Assembly: GCF_018350175.1 (NCBI RefSeq) | Contig: NC_058368.1 | Location: 216,630,001 to 216,694,000, forward strand | Direction of reading: 5' to 3' | Length of the DNA stretch: 64,000 nt | Source of the DNA: Felis catus | Taxonomy: Eukaryota | Shown here: piece after piece, positions 12,261-25,290 of the stretch | Layout of the letters: the number at the start of each line of letters is the position of its first letter | How positions within the stretch are numbered: the stretch's first letter is position 1 | Position numbers and translations under genes: made by a program | Notes under the pieces: model-generated | What the model saw: the letters and a program-made list of their open reading frames with translations, nothing else | The model's database searches: none | What the model was told of the DNA's origin: nothing

Positions 12261-12883
12261 CAGCTATACCTCAGAGATATTTCAGGTTCTGTTCCAGACC
12301 TCCTCAATAAACTAAATACAACAATAAAGGAAGCCAAATTAATTTTTAGTTTTTCAGTGCATGTGAAAGCAATGTTTAGACAATACTGTAGTATTTTTTG
12401 TGTGCAATAGCATTATGCCTTTAAAAATATGCATATCTCATCAAAAACACTTTATTGCTCAAAAATGCTAACCATCATCTGAGCTTTCAGTGAGTCTTAA
12501 TCACTAAGCACAGATCACCATAACAAACCTAATACAATGAGGGACACTGGAGTAGCCCAGGCTGTTAAGCATCAGACTCTTGATTTCGGCTTAGGTCATG
12601 ATCTCAGGGTTCTCTCTCTCCCTCTTTCTCTGTCCCTCCCCTGCTCTCTCTCTCTCTCCCCCTGAAAAATAAATAAATAATATTTATCAAAAATATAATA
12701 CAATGAAAGATTGAAATATTGGGAAAGTTATCAAAATGTGACAGAGACAGAAAGTGAGCAAACGTTGTTGCAAAATAGCGTCAACAGACTTGCTCAACAC
12801 AGAGTTCAGGCAAATTTTAGTTTGTCAAAAATGCAGTATCTCTGAAGCACAGTAAAGTGAAGCACAATAAAATAAGGCACCCT
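12261..12883 (-). mobile_element. Internally deleted Tigger1 derivative (TcMar-Tigger)
   Basis: Starts after TA with CAGCTATACCTCAGAGATATT..GGTTCTGTTCCAGACC and ends GAAGCACAATAAAATAAGG. Both halves match the ends of the Tigger1 at 31000-33270 in reverse orientation. Confidence 0.85.
12541..12695 (+). mobile_element. Older Can-SINE, internally deleted, inside the Tigger derivative
   Basis: TSD TAATACAATGA at 12530-12540 and 12696-12706. Confidence 0.85.
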
Positions 12884-13116
12884 CACCCGCACCCTCATAC
12901 ACAAGCACATGCACATATAAAAACTCTGGATATAAGGTCATTATGAGTTATGTATATTGTAAATACCTAAATACCTTCTTTCAGTCACTGTCTTGCCTGT
13001 TAACTCTCAGTGGTATATTTTGAATGACAGAATTTCTCAATTTGAATATAGTCTTATTTATTGATATTTTAAATTTTTACTTATTCTTTACATGTCCTGT
13101 TTAATAAAATATTGCT

Positions 13117-13330
13117 GGAGGCACCTGGGTGACTCCCTTGGTTAAGCATCTGACTCTTGATTTCGGTTCAGATCATGATCTGACAGTTTGTGAATTCCAG
13201 TCCCACTTTGGGCTCAGTGGTGACAGCGTGGAACCTGCTTAGGACTCTATCTCGCTACTCCTCCCCACTGTGCGTTCTCGCTCCTCGCCCTTTCTCTCTC
13301 AAAAATAAATAAATAAACTTAAAATGAAAT
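13117..13330 (+). mobile_element. Can-SINE (older subfamily)
   Basis: GGAGGCACCTGGGTGACTC...GACTCTTGATTTCGG...A tail. Confidence 0.9.
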
Positions 13331-13573
13331 GAAACATTGCCTGATTTAGAATCATTAAGCTATTTTGCCGGATTATCTTCAAGAAGCTTCAATATTTTAC
13401 CTCTTACATTCAGATAGGCAATTCACCCAGAATATAATTTTATTTATGCTGTGAGACTGGGATAGAGTTTGACAATTTTTTTGTATCGATGTGTGATTTG
13501 CCCAACAACATTGATTTTAAACATCTTTCTTTCCTCTTTGTTCTGCTGTGTTACATTTAAACATGACTTAATT

Positions 13574-13797
13574 GGGGCGCCTGGGTGGCGCAGTCGGTTA
13601 AGCATCTGACTTCAGCCAGGTCACGATCTCGCGGTCCGTGAGTTCCAGCCCCACGTCAGGCTCTGGGCTGATGGCTCGGAGCCTGGAGCCTGTTTCCGAT
13701 TCTGTGTCTCCCTCTCTCTCTGCCCCTTCTCCATTCATGCTCTGTCTCTCTCTGTCCCAAAAATAAATAAAAATGTTGAAAAAAATTTAAAAAAAAA
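13574..13797 (+). mobile_element. Very young Can-SINE (SINEC_Fc)
   Basis: TSD TAAACATGACTTAATT at 13558-13573 and 13798-13813. Confidence 0.97.
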
Positions 13798-13821
13798 TAA
13801 ACATGACTTAATTGATTTCTT

Positions 13822-14060
13822 TTTTTAAAATTTTATTTATTTTTTAATTTTTTTAAACGTTTTTATTTATTTTTGAGACAGAGAGACACAGAGCATGAAT
13901 GGGGGAGGGTCAGAGAGAGAGGGAGACACAGAATCGGAAACAGGCTCCAGGCTCTGAGCTGTCAGCACAGAGCCCCACGCGGGGCTCAAACACACAAACC
14001 GCGAGATCATGACCTGAGCCAAAGTCGGCCGCTTAACCGACTGAGCCACCCAGGCGTCCC
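13822..14060 (-). mobile_element. Young Can-SINE (SINEC_Fc type)
   Basis: TSD GACTTAATTGATTTCTT at 13805-13821 and 14061-14077. Confidence 0.97.
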
Positions 14061-14289
14061 GACTTAATTGATTTCTTAACAGTACATTTTCTATTTCATT
14101 AATGTTGGCCCTTTGTTGGTATCTTCTTTTTCCTGTCTTTGTAATCTGCAGGTATCTTAATGACTTTTTAAGACTAATATTTTGGCCACAAATGTTTCAG
14201 CCTCACTGTGTTTGAGACCATTCATTTCTCTCCAATGTCTTCATAATAACATACAAACTTTCAAATTATTTACAATGGTATATGAAGTC

Positions 14290-14900
14290 TTGGATGGTTA
14301 ATTTTTGTAAGCATCCCTACGTTGCCAGTTGGCAAGGAGTTAAGGCATGTAGTAGAGGGCCCTGGAGGAACTGCAGGAGGAACACGCTCCTTGGTTCTCT
14401 TCTGCCTTCTTTTCTTGCCACTGAGGTGCTCAGCCTGTGTTCAGGACACGAAAGCTGGAGTAAGCTTCAGTGCATCCTGAAGGGAGTTTTCCAGCATGTT
14501 CTGCGGGACCTCGGTTAAGCAGCATTTCATTGGGTGCCTCTGACAACTTCTCTGCAAGTTCAACACCACCCCCACCAAATGTAGTTTCCCATTAGATTCC
14601 TCTACAAGCAAGAAGGAGGCAGTCTACTGCTTGCCAACGTCCTAAGCCTCAGTGAACATTTCCACTCTCTGGGCGATAGTCATGCCCTCCCCACTGAGGT
14701 CTGAGCGCCAGCATGGGGTGGAGGGTAGAGATAGGGGAGGAAATTCTGTACTATGTATCAGCCTGGGGATAGTGGCTGCTTTCTAGATTGGATAGTACTG
14801 CATTCTTTACTCCATTCATTGTTTTAGGTATCAATTCATTTGGTAAATTGTCCCCATTGCAATTGCAGCATGGTTTACCTCTTGTCTGGTCCATGATGGA
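14290..14900 (+). mobile_element. ERVL solo LTR (MLT2-like)
   Basis: Start TGGATGGTTAATTTTTGT and end GCATGGTTTACCTCTTGTCTGGTCCATGATG resemble MLT2E/F termini. Confidence 0.5.
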
Positions 14901-15542
14901 AAATCAGCATTATTTCGAGAAGACAGATTGAAAGAATCCAACTGAGAAAAATGTAAGGATAATATTTAGGTCAGGTGTAAGACATGCTGCAACTTAAAAC
15001 TACTGTTTATAATAAAACCATCTTCATTTGAGAAGAAAAAAAAATGTGTGACTATAGTTCCAATGGCTGATCTTTTGAAGAAGAAAACAACATTCTGTTA
15101 TTGCAAAAGTAAGCTGAAAGGCAGTTTTGAAAATTATACCCCTATTTGACAGATTGATCAATCCTACATGGAAAAAAATCTGAACTTTATAAGAATGGAA
15201 TTAACAGAAGCAAAAATAAATCAATACAATATTAGAATAAAATGGTTGAAAGACCAGCTCTAGATCCAGGCATCATGGATCACCAATGTAATTGATGTTC
15301 TGGTGCTGAGACCACGTGTGCATTTTTTTGACGACCCACAGTTTCCAAGATCATCCCTCCACGTCCCTCACCAGGCAGTGCCACCCTCCTGGCTACACCC
15401 ACCTCAAGGTCTACTGAACAACCAATCCCACCATCCTGATTGGGACCAAAATCATCTCTCCACACATGAGATTTTAATATACAAGTTAATCATTATAATC
15501 CAGAAGCCATATTAAGAAATCCAGCAAATTATGGAATTTATT

Positions 15543-15682
15543 GGGCCACCTGGGTGGCGCATTCCGTTAGGCGTCTGACTTTTGGTTTCCGTCATGGTCT
15601 CAGGTCATGTACTCATGGTTCTGGAGATTGAGCTCTCTCTTTCTCTCCCTTTCTCAAAAAATCAATTAAAAAATTTTTAAAA
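15543..15682 (+). mobile_element. Older Can-SINE, internally deleted
   Basis: GGGCCACCTGGGTGGCGCATTCCGTTAGG...(CT)n...A tail. Confidence 0.8.
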
Positions 15683-17824
15683 GATGGAATTATCTTTGAA
15701 GAAGTGTCTGTGAGTTGATTAGTTCCCAAACTAATCAAAAAAGAGGAAGGCAAGTGAATTCTTAGACAATCTTGCTTGTAATTCAAATTTTCAAAATTTA
15801 TGTGTGTGTCCTCCTAAGTCAGTAAAATAAGCAAACTGAATTCTCCTGTTTCACTTACGAAATCTTTTCCCTGGGAACTTTGACGTAATAAATTAATTTA
15901 ATTCATCCTCAAGGCAACTTGAAGATTTCCATTGTAAATTCTTTAAAACAGAATGCAAATGTGAACCATCCACGGGAATCTATGAGATAAGGAAGTTTCT
16001 GAATTAAAACACCCCTGGAGCTACATACAAGTACAATGCATTATATTTTATTTGTTTGTATACAGTTTCTACATAATGCAATACAAAATTTTTGAAATAG
16101 TGACTTCCGTATTTCCCTTGTGTTATTTCATCTATCCACACAGTTTTATTTTGTTTTTTTTTTCCCCTCACTAGCTGTGGAAATATGAATTCCATTTTAT
16201 TAGAAACTTATTTTAAAAGTAGTTTAGAAAATATCCACTCACATATCTCCCACTCCCAACTGTACAAAAGCAATTTTTCTCTTCTTTTGATCCTAAGAAA
16301 CAGAATAATAATTTTAAACTTTTCCTTTCAAATCCACTCCTTATGCAGATTCAAGCCCACGTATATTTACTACATGATCCAACTGATAAACTAACTACAT
16401 TTTCACAAGAGATATTCTTTTCTGCATGCTTTTTTCTTTGTAAGGATTTACAGCCAGCACCCAGATCATTAAAGATACATAATATATATTATATGTATAT
16501 AATATATACAACTCAACATTCTTATTAAAAATATTCCTACAAAAATCTGCCACTCAACCAGATGACAGTTTTACAAGTCATTTCTTTCTGTTTTTGACAG
16601 ACTATTTATCCTACTATATAAAATCTTCACAGGAGGGCTTGTGGTAAATGATAGTGTATTTCACAGGTCATGTAATTTTCAATTTGTCATTCTTCATTTT
16701 GCAAGGAATGGTACACGATGTCACCAACACAAAAGCAATACATTTACTTATTTTTTTCTCTTTCAGTATGAATCGATTTTTCTTTTTAATTTTGATGACA
16801 GTCAAGGCAAACTATAAACTATGCTGGTCTGTTATGGATTATATAAAAAGAAGATCTGTATTAAGCCGTATACAATGCTATTACTCTGTGATGTCTTTGG
16901 TGTGCCTTTCTTGTTTGGTAGAAGTGTTCTATAAAGTTCATCACTCATCAGCCATTTAAATATTCACCAATTCTGTGAACACGCTTATATCAGATGTTTA
17001 ATGAATTAAAACAAATCATTTAGGTAATGTGTTGAAAACTAATTATTTCTGCTCCTATAAATCTTATAAGAAAGCAAGAGAAGCAAACGAGTCACCGCAT
17101 ATTTTTCAATGTGAGCTTTAGTTGTTTGTGGATTTGTGTGCTGCCTGGGCATTACCATGTGTATGGAAATGACAGAGAACGATTCCCAAGCCCATTTTAT
17201 GCTTCTCACCTTAACCAATAGCACAGTCTCTCTTTTAATGTGACCTTGCCAAATGGGGCATTTGGCTGAGGAGTTGGGAGAGTTTGGGGGTGTTGGGTTA
17301 TTACAGTGGTGGCAGGTGTAATTGCCCTGGTAGCTCTTGCTGTGACAGCTTTGATGGTGCTCCAGGCAGCGGTGCTGAGGACAATGTCTTGAAAAGATTT
17401 AAGCTAGTGTGTGTCCTTACCCATAATTTTAATTTTCCAGGGTTCACTGCATGTGCCTTTTATAATTCCAGGATTGTGGGCTCCCATGGATTCCACGAGG
17501 TCTTCATTTGCATCTACTTCCAGTGCACCTCCCTCCTCCCACACCGTCCCTCAAAAAATATAGCTGGGGTCAGAACACCAGTTGGGGTCGGAACATCAGC
17601 AAAAATGACCTTCAAAGCTTAAAATAAAATGTACTGGACAATAGTTGATGTCCCAATAGACTGAAATTATTATTGAAAGAATAGAAGTCTCTTTCATGTG
17701 GATATAGCACAACATGTTTTCTTATGATTTTTTAATCCATTTAGTCTTTCATTAAACCATGTAAAGAATTTGGAACAAGGTTTGATGAGTGTGGTCAGTA
17801 TGGCCTATCTTATTATATATCAGG

Positions 17825-18062
17825 GGTAGAGCTTAAACACTAAATGCCCAGGTTATAGACCTCGACTGACTTTATTCGTAAACCCCCTCTTCCAGGTACA
17901 CAGCTGTATGCCCTTGACTTACTTGACATCTCTGTGCCTGAGTTTCTTCCTAGGTGAAATGTGGCCAACAATAGTATCATTAAAGACTGAAATTGATAAT
18001 TCGGGTAATATATGTAGACCAGCATTGGCATATAATAAGGTCTCATTAAAATGTATCTATTT
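17825..18062 (+). mobile_element. MIR
   Basis: Core ACTTGACATCTCTGTGCCTGAGTTTCTTCCTAGGTGAAATG and tail TGGCATATAATAAGGTCTCATTAAAATG. Confidence 0.7.
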
Positions 18063-18169
18063 ATAGCTTCAGTGCATTTTCTATCAATTTTTTTAAATAA
18101 ACTAATTGCAATTTAATAATTACATGATATATATTCACTGCTTCTTGTTAATAATGAAACAACTGGATA

Positions 18170-18488
18170 GAGTGTGGGTTAAATGGGTTAAGTGGGTCAA
18201 AAAGGTACAGACTTGCAGTTATAAAATAAGTCATGGGGACATAATGCACAACATCAGGACCATAGTTAATGATACTGTATTGTATATTTGAAACTTGCTA
18301 AGAGAATAGATCTTAAAAGTTCTCATCACAAGGAAAACAAACTTCTGTAACTGTATGTGATGATGGAAGTTAACTTGACTTATTGTGACACTCATTTCCC
18401 AATATAAACAAATATCCGGTCATTATGGTGTACCTGTGAAATTAATATAATGTTGTATGTCAATTACATCTCAATAAAAAAAATAAAA
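18170..18488 (+). mobile_element. L1 3' end (L1MA9/carnivore-type)
   Basis: GGTCAAAAAGGTACAGACTTGCAGTTATAAAATAAGTC...GATCTTAAAAGTTCTCATCACAAG...GTCAATTACATCTCAATAAAAAA. Confidence 0.85.
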
Positions 18489-19471
18489 TGTTTTAAACTG
18501 ATAGATTGTATACCTTTTCATGTTTCTTTGACTAAAGCTTTAAGCATACTTTATGTATTGTGGTATGTTGGGTTCTGTAAGTTCTTTATTCCTAAACACT
18601 CATTGCAATTTTCATTTCCTTTCAGAGCAATTAGAGCTATTTAGATGAGTTCTGTATTATAATTTTCTACTGGTCATTGTGGCATTAAGCTTATTATATT
18701 CATGAATTATTGCACCGAGGCCTGGTACTGTGGACTTTTTCCATTCTTAACAATCGATTAAAGTTTATTTATTGCTTTGAGAACATAAATTTTGAATATT
18801 TTCCAGACATCTGGGAACTCTTTACATGTCTATCTGACCTAATTTTAAAATTCCATATAAGCCTATTAACTCAGACTAGTTAATTATGTTCTTAAAAATA
18901 TATATATTTCAGATTTTTCTATGGGTTTGTTTGATATAACTTTGAGAGGTGACTTAAAGATTTCCACTTAGATCGCAATACTTGTATTCATCACATTTTC
19001 ATTATTTTAAATGTGTTTACTGCTCATACTCTTACATATTCTTTGTAGATAATGCATTTGTCCTCAGAAAATAATCCTCTTTATAGTCAAATAATTTCCC
19101 CCTGCATTTTTTCAATTTAATATTGATATCACACCTCTTTCTTTTTCTTTCTGTTTATTATTGTTATTTATTTGTTTGCTTTTATTAAATCAAGAAGGCT
19201 GTCTTCACCACTGTGCCATGGAGAATATTCTCCACAGAGCCAGCTTAAATTAGCAGTTGTGTTTTATAAAGGAATGAAGCATAAAGTCATGGGCATATTC
19301 TGAGTTTCAGAGAAGAGTCATGTTCCCGTCAAGTACTCCTGAAGTCAATGGCTCGTTTAAAGCCACATGGCCAGCAACTGTGCCCAGTCAGTCCATTCTT
19401 GACCAAGACATGACAGTTTTCCACACTGATGTAACATACAGGTTTGACGCTCTCTATGGCTGTGTGAACTC

Positions 19472-19648
19472 AGGACTGGCTATAGAACTCAAGAGGCACA
19501 GTGCAAAAAGAAAACTGAGTGCTCCTTGTTCACAAATTCCTCAGGATTTCAAGACTGCAACAGCGGAGCATTAAACCGAGTGTGATGTCTTTCTACCTCT
19601 GGGACCTCGCTCGGGTGGCTGCAGGTGCATTCGCATTGAGGTGACTTT
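19472..19648 (-). mobile_element. MER45A-like hAT-Tip100 element
   Basis: CAGTGCAAAAAGAAAA...CCTTGTTCACAAATT...ATTTCAAGACTGCAACAGCGGAGCATTAAACC matches the reverse of MER45A. Confidence 0.7.
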
Positions 19649-21276
19649 GCTTGAAACTTCTGGTTTTCACTGGTGATGTTTCCATCCCCTAATTCAGTCA
19701 CTCCGGGAGGACCAGGGGGCTAAAAACCAGGAATTTATTTTTTCCCCAAGCATTGACTTTCAATTTTAGCATGTAATGGAATAAAATCCATGGAGCCGGA
19801 GACGCAGTTGAAGTTCAACAAACCTAGAGTCGCTAGAGTATTACGCACTTTTGATCTTATAGCGTACACAGGATCCTTTTTGTAGCACATCTCCAGGTTA
19901 AGGGATTTAAACAAATTCACAATGAAATTATCTTTGGGAGTTGAATAAGATACTATTTAAGATTACATAAAATTTGCCTTATTTCCCCCCTTATCTGGAA
20001 CATTACGCTATTTTTAATCTCAATATTACAAAGTTTCTTTCTTAGTTATATAATTTTATTTTTAATTTTAGTACCATTGTGCTACTCCTTAATGTTATAT
20101 ACTTGAGTTTTATTCCAAAACCTGTTGCATTAATGATAATGAAGATGATTGATGATTGGGAAACTAAACCTACATTATCTATGGATTATTTGCATTGAGA
20201 TTATCTACATACAAGAATCAGTGGACTTTAAGTATTCATTACAAAATTCATAAATAAATCAGGTTTCTATTTACTCATTCTGTTATTTTTGTTGATATAA
20301 TTTTATTTTGAATAACCCATTGATAAATGAACCCCCTGCCATTTCCAAACTAGAGACAATTTATTGCCACTTCTTCTCAATTTAAGTATATTACTTAATT
20401 TTAAAATCCAAATGGATCATAATTCAAAGTTAATTGCAGAGACTTTTCATTAAATTATTTCAACTTATCCTGCTCTTTGTATTTATGAGCACTTTAACCT
20501 TGCATGTATTCAAGATATCAAAGTAGCCTTAAAAGCTTATTACAAATAATAGCTTTTTCACTTAGATTAATCTGCTACTATGAAACAAAGGGTGTTTTAT
20601 TAAATATTCATTTTCTTCTATCAGTACTGATATTAGTAATTTAAGTTTGGCCATAGAGTAATCAATTAAAGTAAAGCATGCTGTGTGAACACTAAACCTA
20701 ACACATTAATTTAATCTATTTTGGCTACTCCTGCTGTCTCACAAATCATTTCTATGGTTACAACCCATTTGTCAAAGTTTCTAATAGAAAAACATCCCAT
20801 GATGGCAAGGCCTCTGCTAAATAAATATAAGATTTATGGCTAATAAAAATATTTAGATTTAATTTCTACAAAGTCAGTGATTTTTCTAATACCATAGAAC
20901 ACATGCAATAGAAATGAGCTAACTACACTATTTTTTAAATTATTGCCGAAAAATGTAGAAGGTTAATCAGAGACATTGCACGAAGGATTACAAAGAAAAC
21001 ACACAAAATTTAATTAACTCTATGATAAGCCAAGGACACTGAACAGGCAAGCCACATCTTAGAGCTGACATGTAAATGGGATTGTGTCCAAATACTATCT
21101 TTTCCTTTAGGGGCTGTATCTTTGTCCTTATTCCTAGGAAGCACTTGTTAATATTTCAGAAGAATAAAAAGAACGAGAGACTTTACAAACAATATTGTCT
21201 GAAATCTTAGGGAATCACTATTGCAAATACTTAAAAGGTTAACATAAATGTGGACCTTTGGCAAATGCACTTGAGT

Positions 21277-21844
21277 TGTAAGAAATTTAACTTTATCCTG
21301 TAAGAGTGCTGGTCTTTGCTATTGGCTTCAGGGAGTTAATTTCCTCTGAAATGTCATACCTGACAGGAGTATATTTGTGGAGAGACCCAACCTCACCCAA
21401 TGATGGTGGGGCTGAACAGGACAGAAAGACCAACGAGGTAACATAGGTTAGGGTTTGGGGTTACACTCTATCATTTGAAATGGAGACTGAGATTAACCAG
21501 GGAGTAAGTGGAACCCCAGTCACAAGTGGAGACTAAAATGGAGCTGCCCTAGTTGACAATGCTGAAACCTTACCGTATTACTGCACATCGACACCAGGAA
21601 AGTAACATCTCAGGAATCCACCAGGGAAGAAACTCTGCATTTAGTGCTTCTCCACATCCTACCCCTGTGCCTCTTTCCTTGGCTGCTTTTAATTTGTATC
21701 CATCCATCCTTCAACAAGCCATAACCAGACTACACTGAGTTCTGAGAATCTCTCCAGCAAGTGGAGTTGGTGCCAGAGAGAATGACAGCCTTGTCTTGTT
21801 GATGATGGTGTTTTCTGTAACTTTGTAGTTGACCTAAACTCATA
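21277..21844 (+). mobile_element. Solo LTR (MER77/MER21-like)
   Basis: Begins TGTAAGAAATTTAACTTTA..CTGGTCTTTGC; contains CCTCTTTCCTTGGCTGCTTTTAATTTGTATCC and CTGAGTTCTGAGA. Confidence 0.65.
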
Positions 21845-22539
21845 AAACTACATATTGTACTGGTCAAAAAAAAAAATGTTAAAATGTTTAAAATATTCTT
21901 TTCCAGGCCCTTGACAAATAAATAAATTTTAACCTATTAATAGAAAATGATCCATAAAAATTGGACCAAGAATTGTATGCCTAAAAATAAGTAGCATATT
22001 AAATGTGACAAATAGATCCAGTGACTTTCATCATATCATTTAAATTGGCTTAAACCTGTGTGTGTACCTCTGAGAAACTAGAAGGCTGTATTTCAAAAGT
22101 CTTGTTGTCTTAGTGAAGATTGTAATGCCTCGGTGTATACAATTATAATGCTCTAGACTCATTTTTGTTTTCTTTATATTTCATTAAACTTTTCTTTAAA
22201 CTTTAGCTGAACTCTCGATGGCCAACTCATAAACTGATTCCAGAATTGCTTTCATCTATTGTCACAAATCTTTCAATCACACGGTACTCTCACTAATTTT
22301 TTAGCTGCTTAGAACTTAGAGTCTTTGAGCAGCTTACAGCAAATTTTGTTTCCTGCCATAATTAAATTATATGTATGGTGGGTCATTTCATTGACCCTTT
22401 CATTAGCATTCTCAATTCTCTCTCTCCTTCATCCTATGCCCTGGCATAAAAATCTTTTCTAAATGAACGCATATTTTCTGTTTTCTTCATTTAAGGCTTT
22501 AAACTGGAAGGCATCATTTTTCACATGTCTTGTTTTGAA

Positions 22540-22752
22540 TTCTGTGCCAGGCACTGGAGATACGATGATAAATATGATGGGCATAAACTCTGCCTTCAAC
22601 AGAAGTCATTCGAGGGGGAAATAAGCAAGAAATTACAAAGGCTTATAATAAGTTCTATGACGGGTTACATACAACGTTGACAGGATGATCCAGCCAAGTC
22701 GAGGACAATGGAAAGGTCAATAGCTACTTCCTAGAGAAAGTGCTATCTAAGC
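22540..22752 (-). mobile_element. L2 fragment
   Basis: TGTGCCAGGCACTGGAGATACGATGATAAA...CTTCCTAGAGAAAGTGCTATCTAAGC. Confidence 0.6.
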
Positions 22753-23067
22753 AACATTCATTGGCAGCCTGTAAAATCAAGTTATAAAACACAACCCTAG
22801 TTAGTTACCTAAGCTTTGAATAATGTTTGCCTTTACTCTTATACCTATGATTTTGTGATTCCATATTTCCATTCTGATAGTATTTTTAATAGACTATATT
22901 CATTTTTAACCCTCATTCCCTTCCCCGATAAATATAGCTTTGCTTCCTTTTTCTAGGATACCATTGAAACTGTTTTGATAAAGACAATGGTATAGATAAA
23001 TATAGTATAGATTTCAGCCCTCTATCTTAGTTCTTAGAAGTATTTTAGGTATGGATTTATCACTTCA

Positions 23068-23210
23068 TATATTATATCACTATATGTATTAAAATATATG
23101 TTAAAATATATTAATGTATTAAATATATCAAACATATAAATATATATTATATATAATATCTAGTAGTATAATATATATATTTATTTTAATATGTATATTA
23201 AAATATATAG
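23068..23210. repeat. AT-rich low-complexity tract
   Basis: Almost pure A/T with degenerate (TA)n. Confidence 0.8.
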
Positions 23211-23231
23211 TCTTTTAATAAGAAGTATTTA

Positions 23232-23452
23232 GGGGCGCCTGGGTGGCTCAGTCGGTTAAGCGCCCGACTTCAGCTCAGGTCACGATCTCGCGGTCCGTGG
23301 GTTCCCGCCCCGCGTCGGGCTCTGGGCTAATGGCTCAGAGCCTGGAGCCTGTTTCTGATTCTGTGTTCCCTCTCTCTCTGCCCCTCCCCCGTTCATGCTC
23401 TGTCTCTCTCTGTCTCAAAAATGAATAAACGTTAAAAAAAAAATTAAAAAAA
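23232..23452 (+). mobile_element. Young Can-SINE (SINEC_Fc)
   Basis: TSD AAGAAGTATTTA at 23220-23231 and 23453-23464. Confidence 0.97.
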
Positions 23453-23569
23453 AAGAAGTATTTAAAGTTGATACCTGAGTCTTATTCTTAAAAACATTAT
23501 CCATTCTTGACTTTTTGAAAACACAGCTAATATTGATTTTCACACTATTACCTTTCTCATTTTATTTTT

Positions 23570-24598
23570 AAGTTTTTCCATATTTGTTTAATTGTAAAAT
23601 ACACATAAAAATTTAGCTTCTTACATTTTAAATGTCTAATTCAGTAGTTATGCATAAATTCATGTTGTTGTGCAACCAATCTCCAGAATTCTTTTCATCT
23701 TATAAAACTGAAACTTTATAACTACTAAGAAACAACTCCACATTTTCTCCTTTCAAAAAGTGCCTGGTAACCACCACGCTACTTCCTGTTTGTATGAACT
23801 TGACTAGTTTAGGTACCTCTTATGAGTGGAATTATACAGTATTTATCTTTTTGTGACTGACTTATTTCACTTAACACAGTGTCCTCAATGATCATTTATG
23901 CTGTTGAGTCAGAATTCCTTCTTTTCTAAGGCTGTACAATATTCCATGCAATATTTTGCTTATCCATGCATCTATTGTTGTACAATTGGTTTTTTTTTTC
24001 TACCTTTTAGCTATTGTAAGGAATGCTGCTATGAACATGTGTGTACAAATATATATTTGAGTACCTGCTTTCAATTATTTTGGATATATATTAAGAGTGG
24101 GATTGTTGGATAATCTGGTAACGTTATTTTTTATTTTATTTTTTTGAGGTACCACCTCACTATTTTCTATAGATGCTGCAACATTTTTAATTGGATTTTT
24201 TTGGTGTGTTTTGGTGTAGAGTTTTTGGAAATTCTTTATATATTCTGTATATCCCAATGAATATATGATTTGCAAATATTTTCTCTTATTCCATAGGTAG
24301 CCTTTTAAAGATGTTGATTGTGTTCTTTGATGCGTGCAAGTCTTAAATTTTGATGTACTTCAAGTTACCTATTCTTACCTTTGTTGCCTGTGCTTTTAGT
24401 ATCCAATCCAAGAAATCATTGCCAAACTCAGTGTCTAGAAGATGTTCCTCTATGTTTTCTTCTGAATGGTTTGTACTTCTATCTAGGTGTTTGATTCATT
24501 TTGGATTGATTTTTTGTGAATGGTTTCAAATCGTATTTCAACTTCATTTTTTTAGCATGTAGATATATATTTTTCCATTATTTCCAAGTACCACTAGG

Positions 24599-24632
<34 letters not shown>

Positions 24633-24656
24633 TATATATACACACACATATATATG

Positions 24657-24687
<31 letters not shown>

Positions 24688-25290
24688 ATATATATATACA
24701 TATATATATATGTGTGTATATATATATATATGTATATATATATATCACATATACTTATGTGAATATATAGTTGAAGTCCTTGGAGATTCTGTATGAATTT
24801 TAAGAATTTTTTTTTTGTTCTGCAAAACAACAAAAAATGACACCCTTGGAATTTTGATAGAGCTTATATTAAATCTGTAGATGGATCACTTTGGGTAATA
24901 GTGACATCTTAATAAGATTGAATCTTCCAACCCATCAACATGGAATGTCTTTCTATTAATTTGTGTCTTCTTTAATTTCTTACAGCAAGTTTCTATAATT
25001 TGCAGTGTACAATTATTTGGCTTCCTTGGTTAAGTTTATTTCTAAGTATTTTATTCTTTTTTATGCTAAAGGAAATTCTTTTCTTTTTTTTTCCTTTTTA
25101 TATTGTTTATTGTTAATTTATAGAAACACAACTGATTTTGTGTATTGATTTTGTATCCTTAAAATTTGCTGAATGAATTTAGTTCTAACAGAATTTTGTG
25201 GACTCTTTAATGTTTTCAACAGATAAGATGATGTCATCTGTGAACAGAGATAATTTTACTTCTTCCTTTCTAGGATGAATGCTATTTCCT
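23570..25290 (-). mobile_element. L1MB-like element (3'UTR plus ORF2 remnants)
   Basis: CATGTTGTTGTGCAACCAATCTCCAGAA...AAAACTGAAACT...GGTACCTCTTATGAGTGGAAT...GATGTCATCTGTGAACAGAGATAATTTTACTTCTTCC. Confidence 0.85.
24599..24768. repeat. Long compound (TA)n/(CA)n/(TG)n microsatellite inside L1
   Basis: Direct read; ~170 bp of mostly alternating purine-pyrimidine. Confidence 0.95.

Larger units (their letters stand above)
11530..13555 (-). mobile_element. Old L1ME-like element, interrupted by a Tigger derivative and SINEs
   Basis: TATACAAATGGAACTGTACATTG, CTCATTCCTTTTTTATTGATGTATATTACTCT, TTTTACCTCTTACATTCAGAT, antisense L1 3'UTR/ORF2 motifs on both sides of the inserts. Confidence 0.65.

Noticed and set aside
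17240..17622. GC-richer patch with open frames on both strands and an 18-bp imperfect tandem duplication (~17564-17599)
   Set aside because: No recognisable protein and weak splice signals
19219..19234. 16-bp palindrome TGGAGAATATTCTCCA (two nGAAn units)
   Set aside because: Expected about once by chance in 64 kb; a heat-shock element normally needs three units
24516..24833. ORFs rich in YI/HT repeats
   Set aside because: Microsatellite translations
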